Source: Balanoglossus misakiensis (lineage: Eukaryota > Animalia > Hemichordata). Taken from it: 64,000 nucleotides of DNA. Position numbers and translations under genes: made by a program. The DNA is taken from NCBI GenBank assembly GCA_040954595.2, contig CM082577.2, positions 6,969,846 through 7,033,845 of the forward strand, given 5' to 3'. Shown here in pieces: positions 41,427 to 64,000 of this stretch. The notes below the pieces were generated by a model. It saw only the letters and a program-made list of their open reading frames with translations, did not search any database and had not been told where the DNA came from. Each line of letters begins with the position of its first letter. The first letter of the stretch is position 1.

Positions 41427-42434
41427 TTTCACTCTGGTTCAGCTAATACTTAGCCCTTAAACACTAAAACGTAAAACGAAGAGCCGCTTCGTCGGAAATA
41501 ATACGATAATTCAATGGGCAGACAGAGGATCCAGGGCCAGGCTCTTCGTAAGTTTACCTTTTGAGGAATGCAAACAACTGGGCATGCGCGAATAATTCTC
41601 TTCGGGCTATCACTTGGTGGCGCTAGATTTCACGAAAGGGTCAAATCCAGGTCAAATCCGGACGCGCACCTTCAAGGACGTGCACAATATTTGCAAATAC
41701 AGCTAAATGGAGTCTCTCCCACAGATGCAAAACTAATGAAGCAGATAGACTAGAATGACAAGAACCACTGGAGGAATAAAAGACCTCAAAACGACCTCAA
41801 CCGTCTTTTTACAACTGTTGTATTGTTTAATACAATTCTAAAACTATATATTACAATTTACTGTATAAATAATATAAATCGTTTCTGTGAAACTTTTTAC
41901 AAAATTTTACATGTATATTACATTTTCACTTCGGTAATTCTCGAGAAAGTACAACATTAGATGCATATACGTTTACTAGCCAGCACCCTCCTAATACTAA
42001 TAGCAGTTGAAAGTTCCCGAGCTACTTGTCTGTGATGAAAATGGCCTTGTCCGGCGGTTCTCAGTATCACCAGGTCTCGCGTGGTCTGATAAATGACATT
42101 CTGCTCATTGCAAGGTCTCACGAGACTTGGTTAATTACCGTAGCAACGGGTTGTCAGCTTTGTAGTTCTTCCATATTTATGTTAAACTAGAATAGGTGCA
42201 AAGTTTTATCAAAAATGTAACTTTTGTGCCGCTTAGTACGATATGCGATGTGTTGTTTGCCCTGTGTAACATGAGAATGTCCTCCCATATAAACTGCCCT
42301 AGATCTCGCAGGTTCTCGTGGAGTTCGGAAAATGGTCTATTGTGTTAGGCCTACATGTGAATCCTAGATTTAATCCGGACATCAGGATTCGTGCCTGTTC
42401 AATCCAGCAAGATACTTGGCAACCAGGACAAAAT

Positions 42435-53943
<11,509 letters not shown>

Positions 53944-54123
53944 ATCTTTGCCCGTCGGAATATGCGGGCTTCGGAAGGCAATCAGTTCAAGCCAGTGTCG
54001 TGCGAGCCACTGGGCTGTAACCCACCACACGGTTCCCACTCAACGGCTTTACATTCTATAGAAACGAAAGGCAGGCAAGCGACTGTATGGGTTCCATTGA
54101 ATGAACCTGACAAAACCATGGTT

Positions 54124-54138
54124 GTCTCTCATGGCAAC
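54124..54138. promoter_or_regulatory. RFX X-box-like motif upstream of the NPHP3-like gene
   Basis: GTCTCT-CAT-GGCAAC about 180 bp 5' of the ATG at 53943. Confidence 0.35.
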
Positions 54139-56470
54139 GCGCAAACACATTGCGTTCACCTGAAGGGGCCCCTCATGACCTTGTTAAGTCGTTCATATGT
54201 TAATATTTGCATACAATTTCTCTTCCGAATTCAATTGGTTAGTCATGAAATTTTCCATCCAGTTCTGTCTAAATTAAAATAAGGGTTTTGGCGCACAGCC
54301 ATATTCTAATTATCCAGATTACAGAGGCGCATGTCATAATTAAAAGTGACTATAAAATGAATTAATGGCGCTCGAATCACGCCCCTTATACGCACGGTGG
54401 CCCGTACCACACACCAGTTTATAACACGGTGGGCGAAATGTCATCATTAATATCGTCACTTTGGCATGGCGGTTAACGGACACGCAGGCACAACATAGCA
54501 CGTGGAAACGAGGACGATCCAGAAATTATATGATATTCTTGATTTAACCTTATAATTAAACTGACCTAGTTTTCTTTTATAGAAATAGGGTACACTAGGT
54601 TTAGCCTGAGGCCTATTCAAACTACCGTGAGCAGAGCTTGCTTTCGTTTTTGTCTGCTTTGCATTTACAAAGTACTGACTCCGGTATGTGATATAAACAG
54701 AATATACCGCAAGGCGCAATGTGTCGGCAATGAAAATGTGAACTTGAGGGCGCCCTGGTTGTCGTCTGCGCTACAGCAAACCTAGGGAATAAATTATTAC
54801 TAATAAGAAACGCCGATATCGTGTGATAAATGCAGCGCAACGTCACATATTATACAGATGACCGCACTTGACACAATTACAAAGCGACGACGCAACTGGG
54901 TAGTTCTCACGAAAACTTCACACTTTTTTGATAAATCGTCTCTACGGCATTGTCAGTGAGCTACCTCAAAGGTCATTGCCCCAATAGATAATACTCAAAG
55001 ACTAGCAGCAGGGTGCGAATAATATTGACTACATTCCCTTGATGTTTAAAGCTCCAGTAACACTAAATAACTTTGAGCCATTTTCTCGGTATTTTTATTT
55101 TGGGTATCGACTGTATGTGGTTTATTGGCTCTAACTTTACCGGTATAAAACACTTGGCCAGTATTTGGTTTGTCAACACAACCCTTTTGTAGTAATCAGC
55201 ATTGTTATCGTTGAAAATTGATTTCGAGTCTGGATTGAATTCATTTGTCAACAATAACAATGACCGTTACTCATATAGGGGGCTTATAGTTGAGAAGCTA
55301 AAAACTGACCATTTCAGAAAGCTATCCATAGTAGAGCAAGGAAGGTTGAGCGTTGAATGAAGTCACATCGGACAGGTGGTTTAAGTAAATTTATTTCAAA
55401 CCTCACACAGAAGAGAAAACACAGTGGCTATGTATACATGTATACGTCCACCAGCCCACCCCTCCCACCCTCCTCTACCCCTTTTTGCGGTCGCCTATGG
55501 CCTGTCGTGCATCGATTGGTGATCTGACGACGTTATGTAATGGCGCGATGCCCGGTCCCGTTTTACTTATGTCGATGTTTGACCAACAGGTCTACTCCCA
55601 AGTAGATACACGCGGCACTTGGAGTAAACACAACATAGAATGCCCGAAATTCTGCTGTGTTCATTTTAAAATGTGTTAATTCCCCTAAAATCCAATATTC
55701 CTCATTATTTTCGAACAAGTCAATAACGACTCTCTCAAAGTGAAACGCTGACTCGGAAGTCTTTGGTCGCGCGCATTGCAAGCTTTTGTTGCACTGTTCG
55801 CAAATATCGATCCCTTAAAACACGTATGGCAGAAATAGTTTGAACTGGAGCACATCAGGGACCAAAAACCTGACCGTGTAGCAATGTTTTATGTATATCG
55901 AGGGATGTTTGTCGTTGACGTACTTGGTGACGGCCACCTTGATGCAAAAAGCAACTCGCGTGTGTCTTCAAAATTGTGCGACTAGTAGTTTTTGCAGACT
56001 GCAAGTCTTGCAACTTCAGAGCATGTCAGAGAGTGAAACACACATCAATTAATGTAAGTATTATTGTTATTGTACTTTATTTAAAGAGGGTAAGTAGTAT
56101 GAGTTACAAAATAGAATGTACATGGAACATGTCCGCGAGGATCACGATTAGAAGAATTTTCGGGGATTATAAATGTCTGTGAATGAAACGTTTACAAACG
56201 AGCAAAATATGGTGTACTTAAAGACGACAGTTATAATTGTGTTCTTGTTTAAACAAAACGAGATGACATAATGCAGCAGGTGAGTGGTATAGTCTGTAAC
56301 CTGCTGCCATTTTTTTTATTATTTCAACTAAGTGCAATTGACACCTAAAATAGTTCCAATCGTCACTGTTCCAGGGTTTGCAGTCGGGAATATACACCCG
56401 CGTCACCATAAATAATCATTATATTTCTATTTAGGTCTTCCTCACAAGACTTGATACTGCAAGTGAAACA

Positions 56471-57949
56471 ATGGCGACAAAAGACAACAAGAGCAACAGC
56501 AAGATTGTGAAGTCAGGTCTACTTGGCGCATGCGTCCTCGGTAATATAATCTTGATTGGATTTCTTGTCAGCCCCGGAACAAGTAAGTTAAATCTCATAT
56601 TCACTCACATTCGTCAGTATTTCTGGGGATCAGATAATTAAATGTCAAAGTTAACCGTTTGGTCGTGCAATATGAGACTGGCACCACTCAAAATTTTTAG
56701 GGGGTATGGATAGTTTCTGTTTCCACGACAGGTCAAAATAGCACAATCACGAGCGGGGGGGGGGGGGGGTGTTCTAAAATTAATACCCTTCACAGAATTT
56801 CATTGTATGCCGGGATGCATCACTTGCAGATTAGCACATCATGTTTGTCTTTTCTTCTTCTCAATAGTTTACAAACATCTCAGCATACCGAACGAGACTT
56901 TCCGTATGCGCGGCGCAGGCGACCTGGGTGGCGGGAAAATACCAGTCGCTACCTCCGAGTCAAACTCTGCAGACGACAGTAACGGGAGACTTCACGTCGT
57001 CCTTTTCGCTAGCAAAAGGACCGGTTCCTCGTTCACGGGGGAGCTTTTCAACCAGAACCCAGACGTCATGTACCTCTTCGAACCCCTTCATTGGTTCACC
57101 CTCAGTGTTCTGAGGGGCGACATGGAAGGGGACACCTTCGATTCCCGGTCCATCGAAACCCTGAACAGTATCTTCAAGTGCGAATTTCGGGACTCGCCTA
57201 TTTTGCGCGACCTACACAAGGGGTTCTTCTGTTCAAGCAGCCGCGTGTTGGCGCGAACGCTCCCCTGTGGATCCCGCAAGGGGAAAAGCAGCGACAGCCT
57301 CGAAGATTCGATTGAAAAGTTGACCAACATCTGCAAGAGTCACATGCATCAGGTGGTCAAAACTATACGACTGTACAACTTGGAGCTCCTGCGTCCGTTG
57401 GCCGTCGAGCCAACGATGAAGTTGAAAATTATTCACCTCGTCCGCGACCCCAGAGGAATTATGAACTCGAGACGGAAACTGCACCAGAAAAATATGGACT
57501 TCGTCAGGAAAAACGTACCTTGGGACGAGACTGAAGATTTGTGCAAAGACATGAGCAGGAATTTACAAATCGTTCGCAGCGCCCCCGCGTGGTTGAAGGA
57601 CAGATACATGTTGGTAAGGTACGAGGATATAGCAAAGGAGCCAGGCAAGATGGCGGACAGGTTATACAAATTCCTGGGGCTGCACGTACCCAGAGAGGTC
57701 AGTCGGTGGATGGAGCGAAACACGAAATCCTCTTCCCCTGGTTCTTTCAGCAGATCACGCAATTCTTCGGTCACTGCTACCAAATGGAAAGAGGAACTGT
57801 CGTTCCGGGAACTGCTTAAAATTCAAGGGAAGTGTGCTCCTGCCATGGAAATGTTGGGGTACAAACTGGTAAACAGCACACACGACTTGAAAGACGAAGG
57901 CAATATCCTGGGTGTTCTGCCCGCCGACTTAAGTTTATCTTTTGTTTGA
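56471..57949 (+). CDS. Golgi carbohydrate (Gal/GlcNAc 6-O) sulfotransferase, CHST1-like, copy 1
   Basis: Exon 56471-56582 encodes a type II membrane anchor (MATKDNK..GLLGACVLGNIILIGFLV). Exon 56868-57949 has the 5'-PSB motif SKRTGSSFTGELFNQNPDVMYLFEPL, the 3'-PB motif IIHLVRDPRG..SR, and VRYED. Confidence 0.92.
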
Positions 57950-58612
57950 GCGCAATGTGTGTAATAAAGTGACATCTTGAACAATGTATTTCTTCTGAAA
58001 GTTTGTATCGTTAGCAACCAAAGAATTTTGCTATCGTAATTTGGAATAGAGATTGTAATTTTCTCGTTTTCTGGTCGTTGGAGATTTGAAAGCGAGGTCT
58101 TAGTCGATGTAGGCCAAATAAATGTTATTCGAAAAGTTATACATGTATTATCAAACTATCAATAGATCGATCACACTAGACGATGAATGGTGATACCGGC
58201 TGCAACCAGAATGCCACGTCAATATCTTATCACAAAAAGTAATCGCTGTACCAGTAGGTTGATATTAATAGTCACGGAATACGCGCGGCTTAACAACACA
58301 CGGTGCTGTTTTTACTCGGTCTGACGAGTAGTGGAGCATATGTTGGATTGGCCTGGTGTCGGTAAGTTTTGTCAAATGTTTATGTGTAGACTAGTCAAGA
58401 GATTCTCCGGTTTATGGTGAAAGGGACTTGTGGTAAATTAAACTATCAGACGCAATAATACACAGAGAAAATGTGATGATAATACCTATAGGAACAGGCT
58501 GCCTCCCTTTATCTGTCCTTTATCTGTCGACCTTTTACAGAGAGACAGCAGCGTTAGCGTGGCGCGTGGGTTATCACTATAGTCCGAGACAGCCAACTTC
58601 CTGAAACAAATA

Positions 58613-60157
58613 ATGCGCAAGAGATATTTCTACGCATGTGCGCTTGCCAGTGTTGTTTCGATCGCCATTGTGTGCATGTATAATCAAAGAACACGTAAGT
58701 TGAGATTTTATCATTTTTGCGGACGTCTGTTGTAATCCAATATTCTTGAGAGGATTATTATTATTCAGTGATTTTATATAACAAAACTTTCTACCCGTCA
58801 ATAATAAGCCTTGTTTCTGATTATTGGGGACTCTGGTGGTTGGGCAGTGAAAAGTCTGGTTTAAAGTATTCTTCCGAATCACTTGCCCTTTTACGGATTA
58901 CAAGTGAAGTGAGTAATTTTTTTTACTCCTTTCGTAGATTGCGGACATCTGAACGGAATCTCCGTAAACAGCTACGGAATAGGAGTGTGGGGCCCAGCGA
59001 CCTCAAGCAGTGACCGCTACGAACATCATGTAAGCAACACTGACGGCATTTTGAACACGGACGTCCACGCGAACAAGAGCTTTGACATGGTCACGCACGC
59101 GCATGGTCCTCGTCCACCGAACGACGACATCTACAGACTCTCCATCAACGCCAGCAGGAGTTCGGACATGCGCAATCCCCCAAACTCAAATGACGAGCTT
59201 CACGTCGTCGTGTTTGGCAGCAAAAGAACGGGGTCTTCTTTCATAGGGGAGATATTCAACCAGAATCCGGACTTTATGTATCTCTTTGAACCCCTGCAGC
59301 AGTTCACCGCTGCCGTCACCAGGGGTAACATGGCCGCTGAAACCTTCGATTCCAAATCGATCGAGACTTTGGACAGCCTGTTTAAATGTAGCTTGCATGA
59401 CACTTCTTACGCACATACTTTACAAAATCACGCTTTCTGCCCAGAAAGTCGTGTATTGGCAACAACGTTTTGTTCGGCTAACAGGGAGAATGGCAGCGTT
59501 CGCGTGTACAATATAAACGCGGCGGAAACGTTTAGCCATATCTGCAGACGATATAAATATCGCGCTTTCAAAACGATCCGACTCTACGATCTCGCACTTC
59601 TGCGTTCGTTCGCAGTTGACCCGACGTTAAATTTGAAAATAATTCACCTCGTTCGGGACCCCAGGGGAATAGTTAACTCCAGACGAAAATTGAAAGAACA
59701 TAATCTGGACTTCGCCAGGAAGCAGGTGCCCTGGGATGAGGTGGTAGACTTGTGCAAGGATCTGAGTAAGAACCTGCATGTTGTTCGCAGCTCTCCCGCG
59801 TGGATGAGAGACAGGTACATACTGGTGAGGTACGAGGATGTCGCCAAGGAACCATACAAGATGGCGGAGAGTATATATAAATTTCTACGGCTGCCCTTTC
59901 CCGTTGAGGTCGGCAGGTGGATCGAGCAGAATACACGGGAACGCTCCGACAAGCGCGCTTTCAGCAGGACAAGAAACTCGACAGCCACTGCAACGCAATG
60001 GAGAGAGGAACTCCCGTATCAGGACGTGCTTGCCGTTCAAAGGAAATGTTTATCTGCCATGCAAATGTTGGGATATAAGTTTATAAAAAGCAGAGATCAA
60101 CTATCAGACGAAGAGAATGTTCTTGGTCTCATACCAGCCGAATATTCAAATATTTGA
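58613..60157 (+). CDS. Golgi carbohydrate 6-O-sulfotransferase, CHST1-like, tandem copy 2
   Basis: Exon 58613-58694 (MRKRYFYACALASVVSIAIVCMY, anchor) plus exon 58938-60157 with SKRTGSSFIGEIFNQNPDFMYLFEPL, IIHLVRDPRG and VRYED. Same phase-1 intron as copy 1; AATAAA near 60297. Confidence 0.92.
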
Positions 60158-60582
60158 CCACAAGCGAAAGGCCTTTTATTAACAAGTCATATTACGACAG
60201 AAAATGTTATGTAGATTGTTTCCCTTCTTGGCGTCAAAACCGCTATCAAAATCTTATGTTGTATACTAGTATTACCGGGTACATGTATATCATACCAATA
60301 AAACGATGGAGTAAATAGACCTATCCGATTGGGCAAGGTACGAAAATAATAACCGTCATATATTCGTGATTTTTATTTTATTTTATAGCTTATGAGTGGA
60401 ACTTTCCGGACGGAGTATCGTCGGAAGAAACACTTGTACAAAACGTTTGAATTAACCCGGTATGTCGCCCTCAACGTCATAATATGAAGCGATACTTCGT
60501 TTATTACAACTAAAGTGGCCAGAGTGCATACAGTGTGCAGTACCAGTATTTTGTCGATCGCAGCCAGCTGGATGGCAGCATT

Positions 60583-60680
60583 GGATGGATGAATGAATGA
60601 ATGAATGAATGAATGAATGAATGAATGAATGAATGAATGAATGAATGAATGAATGAATGAATGGATGGATGGATGGATGA
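60583..60680. repeat. (GAAT)n/(GGAT)n microsatellite
   Basis: Directly visible. Confidence 0.95.
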
Positions 60681-63600
60681 ACACACAGTACAAGCGGTCC
60701 CGGTGATGGCTTATCGATATAACACCAGACGCGGATAAGTGTGGTCTTGCGCGCACAGACATGCGCAAAAATGTACGCATAGGCGCTGTCCAAGTGAGAT
60801 AAATTGACATCTCCATGGTGCCAAAAAACACGTACTATCGCCGCGAAGATCTGTAGCGCAGGTGGCTTTTCTCGGCGTTCCGTCGCAACCTATGAGATTC
60901 GAACAAATTTGGGAATTCAGTAGATATCTCTCGCATCCGTCACCGGCGTAACAAACATGTTATCAGTCTTGAAATTACCAATTTCTTCAGACAGTTAAAC
61001 TGAATAGACATACATACATACATACATACATACGAGCTTATCTTGAAATTATGAATTCATTGATTCGTAAAGTCAGATAAGAATGACATCAGAGGCAACA
61101 ACAAAGTCATGTCGGCAAGTTTGGGAAAGAGATACCATATCCCAGAGGTATGGGTAATACATGTAATTACAGCAGACGGACTAAACAGTTAAGAATTATC
61201 CAAACAACACCGCGTAATTATACGAGTGAGTGCAGAATATTCTTTTCGGCTTAAACGCCGGAACACTTATTTACACACAGTGATTTCTTATTAACTGTTG
61301 TATGTCTTCAGAGAGTAAACACTAAAAGTATACGTTGTTTTGTCTCATATAAAAAGCCTACTACAGGGTGGGGGGGGGGGGGACATATCGGAACGTCTTC
61401 ACAATCATACAATCACTTACATGTAGACAGCAACAGGAAAATTGAATCTTTATCCTGAGCTACATGTACATGATAAAAATGATTCACCGGCTTATTCATT
61501 ACTGGCGGTGTAGAATCTTCACAAGTCATTACGTCGACATGTGTTTGAAGCAGATCCGAAGAAAATGATTAATTCTGACACATTGGAACACTTATAACAA
61601 CAAGCCCAAAGCGAAACCTTTCTCCCCGCGCTACTAGTACACAATCAAAGAACATCAATATTTTTTTACGAGTTTGATGATTCATTAATCAATTCATATT
61701 ATAAAATATTTACACGTCCACGTCTGCATGTTGACGTGACTTGACAGTCCAATCTGAGAAAAAAATTACTAATACGTCTTTTTAGAACTACTTGTTAAAA
61801 TGCCATTCTCGTCGTGAATGAAATTTTGACGTTCCTGTCAGACGCGGAAGAGGATATATATCACCCATCTGAAAAGCGATATCAGATTGATAATTGCATC
61901 GTGAAAATGAGAAATCAATAATTAAAGTTGAGACTTTTTAATGTGAACTGTGGGACTGTCAGGTTGAGCCTCTAATGAGTTGCTGGGCTGTGAGACGTGG
62001 AAGTGCAGTTTATCAAAATTCCAATTTTTCGCCTCGTCCTCCGGAGAAGCTACGGTTCTGTGTTCTGTGATTCACTCGTATTAATCAATTTTACTGCCTC
62101 TTCGGTGTTTTATTATTATTTCCAATTTGTGCGACTCTCTTTGAGTCGTGTGAGCGCGTGCGTCGTGGTTGGTTGTCGACGGACAACCCAGTTTCACTTC
62201 TCCCAGAAAACTCGCATGCAAGAGGATCATCGACGACGCGGAGGTTGCCAGATTGGCTGATTCGTCCGTCTTCGTTCGTTTGTCCGCCTGTCTGTCCGTC
62301 CGCCGACAATTATTACCCTATGCCTTTTCTCGGAAACCATCGTTCATAACGCTTTGACATTTTCTCATTTTAGAAGACCGCTCGCTAAGGATCGATCCTA
62401 TACATATTTGTTAGTATTGTGACGAAATCTGCCAGTGAGTGCAACATCGTTTCTTGGAGGCATTTTTTGCCATTTTGGAACAAAAATTTGCGAAATATAT
62501 ATGCGAATAAGATAATCCACACACACACCATGAAAATACTTAAGGCCCTGCAGCAAATGTACCGAAATAGACCCGGATGTACGTGCTATTTTGACGATCA
62601 ACAACGCAACGGAGGGGGTGTGCAGACAACCTCTGTGTATCCTGTACATCTAGATGTTGGACAACGACGACGACAGCGCTGCATCGATCGAGGATTCGGT
62701 ATGCTTCACGAAGCGAAATGATATGAATTACTTCTCTCGTCAAACAAAATTAACCAAATAATGTCAAAAAATACAGTCGATTTCATCCAGCTCCCACGTC
62801 ACGTCACAGCGCCATTGCACAATATGTCGACTCTCTCTTGTCTGTAGCTATAGGCACGGTGTGTGCCGGCTTAAAAGAATGAAGAGAAGCGAAAAGACTC
62901 AGCAACGCCATACATGCTTGTGTCTGCTCTGTCTGTGATCTCTCTTGCAATATGTATGATGTAACGTTTTTCTTTGTTGTGATCTTGCCCAATTATTTGA
63001 TATTTGGGTAGGTGGATAAATGTATGAGTGATCCCTTCTGGTGATAAAACTTAACGATTGGCATGACGCCGGGAGGGGGGGGGGGTGTTTTCTGTGAGAC
63101 TTTTGCTGTTCTATCAAGGAGAAGGAAGGAATGTCCCTTCAAACTTTTTTTCTAGTATGCAACAAATCTTGATCATTGCGCCAGGTGTGATCCGTGCACA
63201 TTGAGAAGAAGAGCGCCATCAACGGTCCTGTTGTCATTCCTATCATCATCGTTCCGTGACTTACACCCGGTGACTGATGACCGGTCGCACAAACTTAGCA
63301 AATTATTTGTGTGTGTGTGAATGATAGATGCGTTTCATATCGTTCCTCGCCATAATGTCGTGCTTCACAGCGCGAAACAGAGTCATATTTTACCTTTTTC
63401 GCCGGTCATACAATGTCGGAGTGCACCACGTATCGGCTAGTATTGCCAGAGGTAAGACATGCGCAGTGAAACTTTCTTGATTTACGCAGTATATCACGAC
63501 GCCTCGAACGGTGTTACTTCACCTCAAACGTTTCTCGGGAACGGGATTTCGTGAAACCCTATTCTGCACTCGGGTTATAGCCTGTTGCGGTGAACGAAAA

Positions 63601-64000
63601 TAGAACTCGCGCGCTGTGTTGTGCAGTCCATTTAAGTAATTTCTGATGACAAGCATTGCAAGTTCTCGACGTGTTTTCTATAAGCACACATCGTTTTTCT
63701 TTCGTCGGCCTTTGACTTAGTTTCGACAATATATTATCCTCGGATACAGAACCTTTCGTTTTCCCAGCCACATTTCAAAATTGCAGACAGTTAATGGCCC
63801 CGTGGAGAATGATCACGCTGTAAACGATCGCGATGAATTCTGACGTTATATGAATTATATCATTGACTTTCGTAATCCACAATTCAAAAAAACGGCTTAC
63901 AAGTCGTCGATTACGCGCCGTAGAGACATCATTTACGAAAAAGGGCGAATCGCTAAGAGATGAAACACTGTTACTGCCTCACCGCACACTACAAGGAAGT

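Noticed and set aside
57088-59988. Similar antisense ORFs in both sulfotransferases
   Set aside because: Shadow frames of the duplicated sense genes.
60200-64000. Short ORFs at the right end of the window
   Set aside because: No homology cues or consistent exon structure; treated as intergenic or intronic.

Overview
Eukaryotic (invertebrate metazoan, deuterostome-like) genomic DNA with spliceosomal introns, microsatellites, MITEs and SINE relics. About 1-21 kb has no supportable protein gene and looks like a regulatory gene desert enriched in perfect TGACGTCA sites. From 21 to 60 kb I assembled seven spliced genes by hand, and several are barely visible in the ORF track: (1) an ER-resident saposin-fold (canopy-like) protein with a GC-AG intron and a perfect intronic ER-stress element; (2) a divergent RPA70-like OB-fold gene lacking the N-terminal OB domain and the C-terminal trimerisation helix; (3) a 69-aa G-protein gamma subunit; (4) TTC30/IFT70; (5) a DUF4062-NACHT-TPR (NPHP3-like) STAND protein; (6-7) two tandem Golgi carbohydrate 6-O-sulfotransferases. 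The best candidate for something undescribed is the stand-alone RPA70-like gene. All calls come from reading the sequence and recalled family motifs; no searches were run.
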